In this document: positions 23,401 through 35,370 of the stretch, in pieces
Position numbering within the stretch: position 1 is the first letter of the stretch
How the letters are laid out: each line of letters starts with the position of its first letter
Assembly: GCF_000315625.1 (NCBI RefSeq)
Contig: NW_005434621.1
Span: 489,399 to 545,808, forward strand
DNA: 56,410 bases
Direction: 5' to 3'
Source: Guillardia theta CCMP2712
Taxonomy: Eukaryota; Protista; Cryptophyta
Made by a program: the position numbers and the translations under genes
Notes under the pieces: generated by a model
Seen by the model: only the letters and a program-made list of their open reading frames with translations
The model's database searches: none
What the model was told of the DNA's origin: nothing

Positions 23401-25572
23401 GGGAACGCCGCACTCTCCTGCCAGTGACGGTAGCTCTCGTGTTTGCTCTTCAGCTGCTTCGACTCACTTCGGCCTGTTGCCTCCCTCGCCTTATTCCCTT
23501 CCTTCTCTCCTGACTGGCCATTCTGCGGCTTCCCTCCTCCCACCTGTTCTGCGGCTACCTGGAAGTGCTCCTCCTTCTGCTTCCGTGAAGCTTCGCTAAC
23601 CACCCAGAGCATCCTGTTCCACCACGCATGCCAAGTCCTCAGATCTGCCGTCCAGATGCGACACCACGCGGAGTTCTGCGTGTACTTGAGCACTCGGCCT
23701 GTGTCAACATTCACGCGCAGGGCGTCTCCGTCCCACTTCCAGCTCTTGACAATCGCTGCATCTCGGAGATGACCGAGGTAGTCGATACAGTGCTCCAAGG
23801 TTGGGTCTGCCTTGGGGTACAGCACAAGCTGGGTGTACCCGTTGATGTGCGTGATGTGTCCGGTCGGGGTGATGGGATACTCCGCATTCTTCTGATCCAC
23901 GGAGACGTTGAGCACGGTGCCCATGAATAGCATCATCTTGCCATCGTCTGATCGGACTGGAACGATCTCCAGGGACGTGGAGAGCGAACTTCCGTCCCGA
24001 TGCAGGAAAGAGATCGTACAATTCTCGTCGCTCCCAGAGAGCGCGATGTCTGCGTTAGCCAAGTCAGGCGCATGCGCGACATGTCAGATGCGACATACCC
24101 AGCAGATTCTTCAGAGCCTGTTTGTCTCCGGTCGGGCCTTGGATCAGTTGCAAGTCACAGCCGATGACCTGCAGGCTCGTCAGGGATGGGCCAGCAGCTC
24201 GCAAGCCGCATCTGTCTCCTACCTCACGATGGCTCACGCCATAGATGGAGCACCACGAGCTGTTTGCGTAGAGGATCTGAAAAGGTTCCCGTGCCATGGC
24301 GACAAACTTTGCCTTGCTGTCTGCCTTGATCTGACCGACGACAGTGGAGAGCTTGACCTCGTGCACTTTCTCAAAGTCCAACTGCACGTGAGTCATCTGC
24401 AGCTTGGAGTCGAGCACAGGGAAGGCCTTCAGCCTCATGAAGATCTGCAAGCACATAGATGAGAACAAATCAGGCAAATGAGACTCAGTGTTTGCGTACC
24501 GGCATGCCATCTCTTCCATACAAGGTAGATCGCACGCCCTTGGCTTCCGTCAAGCCTCGTCCGACAGATTCGCACAGGTCCTTGAGGAAGAGCAGGTCTG
24601 CCTCTGAGCCGAGGATCGCGTTTCTTTCATCCTCGCTCATCCCATCCGCATCTAAGTTGAGGATGCTGCACAAGTTGTGCGAGATATGAGAGATCTTCTT
24701 GGTTTCGTTGGAGAGCAGCACTGTCAGCCCATCTTCTAGTTTGTGTATTGCTGCCTTCAGATCCACCACCTTGCAGCTGCTGGCCATGGCAACGAATTGG
24801 TCCAGCCCTCCCGACTCGCTCAAATAGGCATGCAGCGAAAGTGCGTGATCAGTCGCTCTCCCCGCACATTGTAAGTGAGGAAGGACGTGTCACATTCGAT
24901 GCCCCTCTCCGAGTCCTCCATGAGCTTCTTGTAAGCTTTTAGGTCTGTTCCCGGCCCTTGTATGACTTTCAAGCTGCGGCCGATCACTTCTGCATTCCTC
25001 ATGCCGAACATGTCAAACCACTGATCACTCACAGCATCGATGTGATGGTGAGGCTTCGACTGCAGCAGCACCCACACCCCCTTGCTTCTATCCAGATCTT
25101 CCACCTTGTGCACGCATCGAGCCGGAGACAGCTCACATAGGAGCATCTTCAAGTCCTTCTCTCCGCATGGGATGGCAGTGACTTCAAGTCGCATCAACAC
25201 CTCGTTAGATTGAGCCAGACAGCAGACCAGCTGACACTCTCGAGAGCCTTTCCCTTGTGCTGCATCGCACATCACAGATTCGTAAACATTCACTTTCGTG
25301 TTGGGGCCATGAAGGGCTTTCAGGCTGCTGCCCTTCATAAATTCTGCATTAAATCCTGTCAATCGAGAGAATTCTTCATTCACGCCCAAGATGGTGAACG
25401 GATGGTTAGCTACTGTTACAGCCCTGGCACCCAACATTTTCTTTGAAGACGTCTTGCTTTCCTGATGGCTGTTCAAGAAACTTTGAATCTTCGTTAAGTC
25501 AAACGATGTCATTTCGGGAGATTCAAGGTCATCGTCCAAGCGGACGCAAACTTCCTCTGAGGCCTCGCACAT
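20496..25572 (-). CDS. Multi-PAS/PAC sensor protein (about seven PAS domains, a coiled coil, no recognisable output domain), with two apparent frameshifts
   Basis: PAS signatures VNEEFSRLTGF..LHGPNT, VIGRSLKVIQGPGTD, YANSSWCSIYG..LIQGP, FANQSF, WCNDVFLDISGYEKEEVIG and VNAELEQLIGF. The ORFs join through GT-AG introns (e.g. 24445-24499) and single-base slips at ~24824 and ~21152. Confidence 0.75.
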
Positions 25573-25959
25573 GTTAGTTGAGCGATATAGTGAGTTCTGA
25601 GTGAACTTCAAGAGTTTTTGACTGCAATCTTGGAATTTGAATAAACTATCAGCCTAACATTCCCGTTTGTCTTCTGGAAAGCAGGAGTTCAGATTGGAAT
25701 CGACGAACCAGAACTCTGACAATATCAGGCAGCAGCAAGTTGTTCGAGATGGAACGACGAGCGGGAACAGAATTAAAAGCAGAGGGATGGGGAAAACAAC
25801 GAAAAAAATATGTGAGAGCGAGGAGAAAAAGAGGGAGGAAGAGGAATAGGCTTGCGAGGAAGATTCAGGAGAGAAAAGAATGAGAGTCTGTAAGGTTGCA
25901 GTACTACCAGATGAAAAAAAACAAAAAAAAGACAACACAGGATGCAAACACAGGGAACG

Positions 25960-27140
25960 AAAGGGGGTGGGATGCGCTAGGGGTTGCAACAGGGTGGGTG
26001 GAGTAGTCTGAGGGGTAGGAACCCCGGGGTTTGTGCTGGGTGGGGTAATTGGATCAGGGCTATGGAGTGGAAAAATAGGGGTAGTTTGATATAGAGATAC
26101 AGGGGTACTTCAAACAAGGATGAATATTTGAACCGGTCACCACATCTCAGGGGTGATGACGGGGACTCATGAAGGGGTGGTAAAAGGTCTTCAAAGATAG
26201 GGTAGGGGTAGTGTGGATGGGGTAGAATCTCATGCAATCTCCTCTTCTCGGGCCGGAAGGAAGGACATAAGGAGATGCACCCCTTCCTTAGACTCGAAAA
26301 GATGGGGTACAAGATCTGAGGGGGTGGGGATTATGGAATGGCGGCCGCCAAGACTAGTTTACTACAGATGGAGATCACAACAGTTGGAAGAGGCGGGACG
26401 AAAAGAGGTGATCTGAGAAGAATCTGACTCGATCACAGGAGAATCTGACCCGGAAAAATATTCATTTAAAAATGATATAGCAACCAGGTCGCGTGGCTTC
26501 AATCTCGAGGAATCACGAAGGGGAGATTATGAGGAGATCCAGGGGGTTTTAAAAGTGCCTCCCCTAAAACTAATTTACAAGATCGTGCGAGATCCCACGA
26601 CCATTTTGAATAAAGAAATTTTCGGTCCCACACCCCACGAAAGCGATTTAGATTTTCGGTACATAGCAGGGGTGATGTGACCTCTTAAATCTACATGTAA
26701 AAGGTTTCTTCAGCCATGAATGGGGTACGGTACCTTTTGGCGGGAGTTTCTGGGGGATGATATCAGTTAAATAGGGGGTAGGGGTGTTCTTGAGGGGTAG
26801 AGGGTGTGAATCTAAACGTCGTGGTTTGAATTGGTCATCAATGGTTGTTATAAGAAGCTATTAGGGGGTAGGGGGTATAGGGTATGACCCCTACCTGGAT
26901 CTAGTCTTCGTTTGTTTGAAGATGGGTGGGGTGGCACATGAAAATAGTGGGTTCCGAGAAAGATACAGACGACCCCTCCGTACATGCAGACTCAGTTCAG
27001 GGAGATGGGGGGTAGGGGCGTGAAAGGTCTTGGGGTGGGATCTAAAAAGAGACGAAGGGGGGGTCGGATGAGATACCGACATAAATAAACACAGTACGGG
27101 TACTTTAAGGGAGGAAAGAGGGGGTGGTGACGGGGGTCAT
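25960..27140 (+). other. Intergenic G-tract-rich (GGGGT/GGGGTA) island between divergent genes
   Basis: Many ggggt(a) motifs in an AT-richer background; similar islands at 14890-15300, 34605-35010 and 49880-49975. Confidence 0.6.
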
Positions 27141-27767
27141 AGTGCTATCGCCGTGATCGACCTCAGGTCTATGTCAGGACGATCATCCGATGTTTTACTC
27201 AAAGCCGATGGTTAGGTCGGTCAGCGAGGGGACGAGGTCCTTGCCGCCAGCACAGACCAGGCCCCGGGTCGGGCCCCGGGTCGCTGCCCGGGTCGGGCCC
27301 CGGCAGGGCTCAGGGTCATAGTGGAGATGTGGTCTCAAAAGCTCAACGATGCCTGCTGCGGTCATGGAGGAGGGAGGGAAGGAAGAGGAGGAGTAAGAGC
27401 GAAGGCAGCATGCATGGCGCATCCAGCTGACAGGACAAGGAGCAAAGGAAGCGCGAGGAGCAGAGCAGAAACAACATGGCGTGAGAGAACAGGGCTTGAT
27501 AGAGAAAGAGGGAGAAATTAACTGCTTTGAGGTGGTGAAGCACAAGAATCCTAGCCCATCGACTCGTAGACGCCCGAGTTCTCGTGAAGGAGAAGCAAAG
27601 GGGAAGTACAAAAGCGATGAGGGAAGGAGGGTCAAGCAGCTGACGGAGCATCTGACTAGAACTGGAGGAGCAGAGGGTGGCAGAAGCATACCAAGAAGAT
27701 GATGGCACCATTAGCGCTATCAACATTTTCCAGGCTGCTCTGCGCTCCCGGAAACTGACAACTCTTC

Positions 27768-29567
27768 ATGCAGATGAAAGCGCATCTTCCGTGTGATGAG
27801 GAGGACCTTGAGAGGCCGAGGCAGCGATCGACAGGTCATACGCGTCAGAGCAGTGAAGCAGGTCGGCATCATCTGAGTAGAGCGGTGTTGTTGGATGTTT
27901 CCTTCCTCCGTCAGATCATTAGGCACTGGCCGTCAGATTCGGTAGTCTGCTGTCTCCGTGTCTGCCGTCTCTTCTTGCAGGAGCTTGTGAAGGCTCCCCG
28001 CGTGCTGTTGCAGCCCATGTCGAGCCCGGGGCTGGAGGTCAGGGCTCCCAGCCTCAAGTTTCTGCGGCAGTTCACAGGGGAGATAGAGCTCAAGTCCATC
28101 TGGAGCCAGAAGGAAGGCCTTGCCATGATCGAGTGGGTTCAGACGGCCGTGGGAGGGGGTTGGAAGGGGCCGACTGCCTTTCGGATGAACAGCAACACCC
28201 TGTGCGAGGCTGGAGCTGCGCGGCTTGCAAACGTACTGCCTCTCTGCACGCTAGTGAAGGAGCTAGATGTGGGAGACAACTTCTTCGGGCCGGCCGGGGC
28301 TGGTCTGCTGTCTAAAGCTCTTCCCTTGTGCCCCATCCTGACGCACCTGATGATGCGGCAGGACGAGATCGGGCCGCAGGGCGTGCAGTACCTCGTTGAC
28401 GTGCTCCCTCTCTGTGCCGTGCTGGAGCATCTCGACTTGAACAGCAACTGCATCGAAGACCATGGCGTCGCTCTGCTCGCATCTTGCCTCGACCGATGTG
28501 CTTCCCTCGCCCACCTGGACCTCAGCAACAACTCCATCGAGAACGTGGGAGCCGCTTGGCTGTCGGGCGCTCTCAGCAGATGCCCGTCCCTCAAGATGCT
28601 GGTCTTGCGGGGAAACGGGATGGGACGAGAAGGAGCCGCGAGCCTGTCGCAGGCGTTTGTGCATTGCAAGTCGTTGGAGCACGTGGATCTTGGTTTCAAC
28701 GACATCGGGGATGAGGGTTTGCTTGCTGTTTGCAAGGCGGCGGTGATGGGCAGCTGTCTGAGAGAGCTCAACCTTGAGAGCAACAGCCTCACACACGTTG
28801 GCGCCTCGAGCCTCGCCAACACGGTAGCCTGCGTCGAGAGGATCCGAAACGTGAACCTGCGGGGAAACTCGATAGGGAACGGGGGAGTCAGCGGGCTGGT
28901 GCAGGCCCTGATGACGAGGACGGAGAAGTTCGTTTGCGACGCTCGAGAGAACGGGATCACAGACGACTGCAGCATCATCATCCAAGGGATCCTCAAGCAC
29001 AAGCCTCAGGTGAGGCTCAGCTTGGATCCCTTGCTCGATACCGCCGGCAGCGCCGAGATGAAATCTTGCTCTCTCGCCGATGGACCGGCGGGAATGAGTC
29101 TATTGCGAGGCAACGCCGTGTCAGGCGAGGAGGCGCATGCAGTGCCAGACGTGCGACTTTTATGGAGTAGCAACGGATTCACATCGGGGCCAGGCAGCAT
29201 GGAGGGCAGGAGCGAGCCGTCAGCTCAGAGCTCAGCTGCTGCTGCTGCTCCTCCCATCTCTCACCATGTCGTTGCTGGAGACCTGCCATTCTCCCAGAGC
29301 CACGGGGAACTGCTCATGTCCTGTCAAGGCTCTTCCTCCTTCCCCGCCTGTGCCATGACACCTCCTGCTCCGCTGCTTCCACAGGGTATTGGTCTGCTGC
29401 CGCTCGGAGTCGGAGTGGTCCCAGGGTTTCTGATGCAGCAGGGTAACGCGTTGGCGTTGGCTCAGATGGTTGCGAGCACGCAGGCAGGCGCGTCCATACC
29501 AGGGAGCAACGAGTCTTGCTCCGGGCCCGTCAACGAAGCGAGCAGAGGCCACTGGCAGGATCGATGA
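27768..29567 (+). CDS. RNI-like leucine-rich-repeat protein (NLRC3-like LRR array)
   Basis: 599 aa ORF with 28-residue repeats such as LEHLDLNSNCIEDHGVALLA and LAHLDLSNNSIENVGAAWLS. Confidence 0.85.
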   Translation: MQMKAHLPCDEEDLERPRQRSTGHTRQSSEAGRHHLSRAVLLDVSFLRQIIRHWPSDSVVCCLRVCRLFLQELVKAPRVLLQPMSSPGLEVRAPSLKFLRQFTGEIELKSIWSQKEGLAMIEWVQTAVGGGWKGPTAFRMNSNTLCEAGAARLANVLPLCTLVKELDVGDNFFGPAGAGLLSKALPLCPILTHLMMRQDEIGPQGVQYLVDVLPLCAVLEHLDLNSNCIEDHGVALLASCLDRCASLAHLDLSNNSIENVGAAWLSGALSRCPSLKMLVLRGNGMGREGAASLSQAFVHCKSLEHVDLGFNDIGDEGLLAVCKAAVMGSCLRELNLESNSLTHVGASSLANTVACVERIRNVNLRGNSIGNGGVSGLVQALMTRTEKFVCDARENGITDDCSIIIQGILKHKPQVRLSLDPLLDTAGSAEMKSCSLADGPAGMSLLRGNAVSGEEAHAVPDVRLLWSSNGFTSGPGSMEGRSEPSAQSSAAAAAPPISHHVVAGDLPFSQSHGELLMSCQGSSSFPACAMTPPAPLLPQGIGLLPLGVGVVPGFLMQQGNALALAQMVASTQAGASIPGSNESCSGPVNEASRGHWQDR

Positions 29568-29670
29568 GAAGAAGCGTAGGAGGAGGAAGCAGAGGCTGAG
29601 CTCTTCTTCCCTCGTGTTCTTCTTTTAAGAAAGTTGCGCCCTGCTCCCCATCTCGCATCGATTCCCCTGG

Positions 29671-29750
29671 TTATCTCCTCACGAGCTCCGCAATTCCTCT
29701 CGCGATCTCCACGAGGACATCGAAGCATCGCTGGAGGATGGTGAGCAAAG

Positions 29751-29807
<57 letters not shown>

Positions 29808-30886
29808 TAGCTGCAGCAGCAGCAGGTGTACCTGGCACATAAACACCCACGGGATGATGCCAATCGCCCCCTCCTCGTGAGCAGGGAAGCTGAAGATCCC
29901 TGAGGAAGCGCGTCAGAGGAGGAGGAGGGTGACGCTCAAATAGACCAGCGAAGGGCCACAGCATGTCCTTAGGCAGTCTGCATCCACTCGTAAGCGTTCC
30001 CCTCCCTCCCTTCCCACTACTCGCCCCGCTCTCCCCCCATTCTTCTCTCCCCCTCATCCTCCCCCCTCCTTGCTCTTCCTCTCTCCGTCTCACTTGTGCA
30101 TAGGGGTAGCCCAGAACATGATGACCAGCACAGCTGGGATGATGACCTGAGAGGAGCGAGTGAGTGAGACTGACAGGGCGAGGACTGAAGGACCTCCAGC
30201 AGAGAATGCACAAAGTTTCTGTTGTGCGAATTGCTCACGCTTCTTAAACTTTCCTGAATTCCGAGTGACGAAGAGGAGGACGAGAAGAAGAAGGAGGCGG
30301 GGAAGGGAGGAACCTTCAATTCCTTGAGTCTCATTTCCATCTGATCAATCTGTCGCTTCATCTTTGAGGCCTTGACCTGCAGTAGCCGAGTGAAGAAAGT
30401 GGCAGAGGGGATGGAAGGAGAAAGGGATAGAAGGAGAAGGGGATAGAAGGAGAAAGGGATAGAAGGAGAAGGGGATAGAAGGAGAAAGGGATGGAAGGAG
30501 AAGGGGATAGAAGGAGAAGGGGATAGAAGGAGAAGGGGATAGAAGGAGAAGGGGATAGAAGGAGAAGGGGATAGAAGGAGAAGGGGATGGAAGGAGAAGG
30601 GGAAGGAGAAGGGGATGGAAGGAGAAGGGATCGGAGCAGAAAAGGGACGATAGAGGCTCACGAAGTTATCTGGAGTATCCAATGCCTTGTGCTGCTGTTT
30701 CATGCTCTTAATTTCTTCCTGTTCACATCTCAGAGTAAACACGGGAGCAGTGAGAGTGCTGACCGACAGCTCGACGGCTTCGTCCACCTTTGCAGTCTTC
30801 AGGCTCGGCCATATCGCCTCCAGCACCGCAACTGCCCCCTTCGACCCCACAACCAGCGCCATGGCGATCGCCGCCATGGCGACCAT
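29671..30886 (-). CDS. GET1: GET1/WRB (CHD5-like) tail-anchored protein insertase, multi-exon
   Basis: Spliced product: N-terminal TM, coiled coil EEIKSMKQQHKALDTPDNF|VKASKMKRQIDQMEMRLKELK, TM2 IMFWATPM..LPKDMLWPF, and TM3 GAIGIIPWVFMC. Confidence 0.65.
30405..30630. repeat. Purine-rich ~18 bp tandem repeat (gggatagaaggagaa..) in a GET1 intron
   Basis: Read directly. Confidence 0.9.
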
Positions 30887-30980
30887 GGCGAGATGACTAA
30901 AACATTTCAGTCAAAAGATGCGAAAATGAAGGACGGTGAGGAAGAGGAAGTTTTAAACGAACCGCCCCCGCCGCCGATCA

Positions 30981-31083
30981 TGCTCCAGCTCCTGCTCCAG
31001 CTCCTGCTCCTGCTCCAGCTCCTGCTCCTGCTCCTGCTCCAGCTCCAGCTCCTGCTCCTGCTCCTGCTCCTGCTCATGCTCCA

Positions 31084-31124
<41 letters not shown>

Positions 31125-31265
31125 AGCTCCTGCTCCAGCTCCTGCTCCAGCTCCTGCTCCAGCTCCTGCTCCAGCTCCCGCTCCTGCTCCAGCTCCTGCT
31201 CCAGCTCCTGCTCCTGCTCCAGCTCCAGCTCCTGCTCCAGCTCCTGCTCCTGCTCCTGCTCCTGT

Positions 31266-31323
<58 letters not shown>

Positions 31324-31335
31324 GCTCCAGCTCCA

Positions 31336-31370
<35 letters not shown>

Positions 31371-31565
31371 AGCTCCTAATCCTGCTCCTACTGCTGCTGC
31401 TGCTGCTGCTCCAGCTCCTGCTCCTGCTCCTGCTCCAGCTCCAGCTCCAGCTCCAGCTCCTGCTCCTGCTCCTGCTCCTGCTCCAGCTCCAGCTCCTGCT
31501 CCAGCTCCAGCTCCTGCTGCTGCTCCTGCTCCTGCTCCAGCTCCAGCTCCAGCTCCTAATCCTGC
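30981..31565. repeat. Compound hexamer satellite (CTCCTG/CTCCAG)n
   Basis: About 580 bp, read directly; it produces spurious poly-Leu and Arg-Ser ORFs. Confidence 0.95.
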
Positions 31566-31639
31566 TTCTGAACATTCCTCCCCCCTTCGTCCTCCTGGTC
31601 TCGAACAAGATCGTTATCGCGATGATCTCCTTTTGCTCA

Positions 31640-33874
31640 CAGTAGCTCGAGCATCACAATACGACATCCTTCTCCTCGTCCCTCTCTCTTGCTGCTGCTT
31701 TTCAATCATCATGCGTCCTCTGCTTCCTCCCCGACTTCTGACTTGCGCGAGTTTAGATTCCCTTCCTCCCATCTTTCCGCGACCTGCAAATCCCGAGGAC
31801 CTTGTGGCAGCAGCACCTGCCCACAGAGCAGGTGCACGAGGAGGAAGATGGAGGGTGGGCGGGAAGGAGGAGGGAGCTGAGGTCTGGACAGAGTTCGACT
31901 ATGTCGACGATATAGCAGAGGAGCCGCGAGTGAACGAGCTCGTGGGGGCTCCAGGTTCTGAGCTACCTCCCCGTTGTCGCCTCACTTGCTGCAAGAATTC
32001 CTGGGATACCATCGCCTGAGCACGCGCAGCCCGGAGGAGAGCCGCTGTGTGGTGAGCGATGGTGAGGGAGAGGCGCAGGCTGAGGTTGGAGCAAGGTCGA
32101 CAACCAGCTCGAGCTGCGGCTGGAGAAGGTGGAGGAAGGAGAGCACCCGAGATACGCGCTCTTCTCCGAGCTTACCAAGTTTGCTCCCTCATCCCCGTAG
32201 CATCTGGTGAGGTTGCTGCAGTCAACAGGATAGACAAGCCCACATGACATGGGTGCCCTCCATGAAGGATGGAGCTGGAGACGTCAAGCTGGTCCGTTAA
32301 TTCCCTGCTCCTTCCGTGTGATCATCAGCTCCTGCTCCTTTCGCATCGTCATAGCCCGTCTCCTCCTCAACCTCCTCCTCAACCTCCTCCTCAGTCACTC
32401 ATTGTCTAATCTTATTGAAGTCTCTTCGTTGTCATCACATCGGTCCGTTCCGTCTTCGACTCCTCAGGTCGGTCATCTGCTCCTTCTTCCTTCTTTCATC
32501 TCCTCATCTGCTCCTTCTTGTTTCATCTCCTCACAGGCACAAACTCATTCCCATCGCTGCTGGCGCGCAAGATCGCGTGTCTTGGTCGGAGGATCTCGAA
32601 GAGAGAAACTTCATGGTTTAAATCTCCTATGCTCATACTCCACCTCTTGTTCTCCCCAGGCTCCCTCCCTCCCTGCCCCCCCCCCTATCTCACTTTGGCA
32701 TTCATTGGTTAATGTGCTGCAGGCGGTCGCCGTAGCTGTCGACAGGCCGCATGCTCCCCAGCAGTGGCTATCGGTTCCCTCAAGGTGAAGCCACGTTGCT
32801 CCTTCCTGCGCCTTTCACGCCTGCAGCAGGAGGGCGACAGTCCTTCCCGCCATGGAGGTCGGCGAGCACGTCGAGCTCTGGCTGAGCACGAGAAACGTCG
32901 CGCGAGAGGTGAGGGGAGGAAGCTGGTGCCCCTCACTTATCCTCGCTCAGCGTCTCGTCATCGGAGCAGACGCTTCGGATCAGGTCGCCTCCTCCTCTCT
33001 TCGGCTCTTCTCCCCTCATCTCGTTCTGCCCCAGCTGGACGTGACCCTCAGACACGAGCTTCTCTCCTCCTCCTCCTCCTCCTCCTGCACCTCCTCGCTC
33101 CCTGCCAGCTCATCACCAGCGGCATGGAATCATGAGGTGCCTGCTTGTGACGTGCGGGCGGGTGGTGAGTGGACGGCAGGTGGCGATCGGAGAGGAGGAG
33201 GAGCAGTGGTACTGGTCCGCAGCCCTCGACATTCTTCGGCTCGGTGACCTCCTCGTGCTCCACGTGTCCTCCCTGCCTCAACGCTCCGTCAGGGGCCATT
33301 GAACGACACGCCTCCCTCCCTCTCAACTGGGCCAGGAAACGGGTGAACTCCAACCTGCCTGCTTCGCCCCATCCCTCCCGCTCCTCCGCTCCTCCGCTCC
33401 TCCCCCCCTTCACGCCTCCTGCCCTCACACATCCCATCTCCTGCAGAGCTGGGGAGGAGCTCTTCGTCCAGAGGCTCACACCAAGACGAGGAGAGGACGA
33501 GCCATCGCGGTCGGAGACTACCAGGTCCGTCTGAGTTGGGAGGAGGGGAGGGGATGCGAGGCATATGAACGTCCGGGACGGGCAGGTGGAAGTGAAGGAG
33601 CGGCTGGCGACTCTCTCGACTCTGGGGGTTCTCTTTCGTTTGGAGCACGAGGGCTCCTCGACTCAGCCAGAGGAGGAGGAGGAGGATGAGAGAAATTTCA
33701 ATGCACGGGAGCGATCCATCTCCTCTAGCTACCCCATCCTCGACCTCAACGTTCTCCTACGCATCTCCCGCCGCAAGCTTGAGGTCTGCATGCTGCTTGC
33801 CGACGTCTCGTGAACTCGTCTTGCAGGAACAGGAGGAAGAGAATGCGTGGGATGAGCTTCTCGACAACTTGTAA
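31640..33874 (+). CDS. Hypothetical multi-exon protein of unknown family
   Basis: Chain of short coding-like segments bounded by AG/GT (EFDYVDDIAEEPR; VDNQLELRLEK; HVELWLSTRNVARE; VEVKERLATLSTLGVLF; final exon EQEEENAWDELLDNL*). The start is not resolved. Confidence 0.5.
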
Positions 33875-34383
33875 TGAGATGAGAGATCATGTATATTGAT
33901 AAACAAGAGCAGGATAACATCTCTCTAGAGATGTTGAGAAAGCTTGCAAATAGCACGAGAAAAGAGCAAGACATCGGTAAAGATGAGGTAAAGATGAGGT
34001 AAAGATGAGAGGTACAACGGAAGGAGCGGAGGAAAGAAACAGGGGTCAAAGATAACATATATACTCTGTTCGCCCTCACTCTTATTTGCTCACCTTTGCA
34101 CATACCTGTCACCTATAGGCGCTCTTACCTGAGAACGAGGAGGCTGGTTGTCTCTTGCTCAGCGCATGCGTGCAGCCTCAGGCTTACTTCGCCACTTTTC
34201 TTCCTGCCATCGCATCGGAGCCGCCAAGGGCTCGACAACGTGATGATTGGGTTACCAAAGGCCTCATCATCTACCAGCAGATCAGACACACGCCATCCGT
34301 CCTGCCCCTCCTCCCCTTCACACCCTGGAGCCCCCACCTTGCCTCAACTCCTCGCTCTGCCATCATTCTTCTAACTACTCGTC

Positions 34384-34500
34384 CCTGCCCCTGCCCCTGC
34401 CCCTGCCCCTGCCCCTGCCCCTGCCCCTGCCCCTGCCCCTGCCCCTGCCCCTGCCCCTGCCCCTGCCCCTGCCCCTGCCCCTGCCCCTGCCCCTGCCCCT
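34384..34500. repeat. (CCCCTG)n microsatellite
   Basis: About 19 perfect units. Confidence 0.95.
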
Positions 34501-35370
34501 GCTCCTGCTGCTCCTGATCCAGCTCCTGCTGCTGCTGCTGCTGCTGCTCCTGCCATTCTTACCGGCGGCATCGCATGCGCCGATCATGCCGTCACGTCTA
34601 ACCTATAAGGGTGGGGTATTATAGGCCTAGATGGGAGGGGTACTTAGGAAGGGTAGGTAGTTGATGGAGGATTTGAGGGTGAGGGGTTCGGTTGGGGTTC
34701 ACGTCAGTTACGAGTAGGTGGAGGTTCGATCAGGGGGTAGGGTCATAACCAGGTAAAATGAGGGTACTTAATTGATATAGAAGGGGTGGGGGTAGGGAGG
34801 TGTGTGGGTTTTTTATGCCTATGGGGTGCTAGATTGGTTGACAACGTTTGTACCAGGAAGGTATTGAGGAGGTGGGTCAATGGTAATGATGGGGTGGGGG
34901 TCCATGGTAAAGGGGTTGTGAACCATCTAAATATGTGGAGATAAACGGGTAGGGGTACTTACATGGCAGGGTAGGGGTATTGGAAGTTTCGCTGAGGAGG
35001 GTGGGGTGAAAAGGGAAATCGCTTTCATGGTGGCTCTCGGAGATCTGACGGCGCCCAAGCCGATAAGAATGGAGACGGTGAGAGGAGGAGGAGGAAGAAG
35101 AGGAGAAGGAGAAGATAGACGATCCAGCAGGCTGAGGAAAAGCAAGAGCAGATGGGAAAGAAAAGTAGGGTTAAGAACGGGATACGATGAGGCGGAATAA
35201 AGTAGATGGGGAGTAGGACGATAATGAAAGAGCAGGGGTTACAGGGCATAAGCTGATTCATCTCGAAGTAGAGATGTGAGCAATCCACAAGACGATTGAG
35301 CAGAGCATATCACTTGTTTCTTTCGTTTGCTGAACATGTCGAGCAGAGCTCTCTAGATTCGTTTCTCGAG

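Noticed and set aside
30587-31645. 352 aa poly-Leu ORF and antisense RS-rich ORF
   Set aside because: Both are translations of a hexamer satellite.
34090-34587. Tiny spliced minus-strand gene
   Set aside because: Splice-like sites exist, but the product is short, featureless and not confidently in frame.
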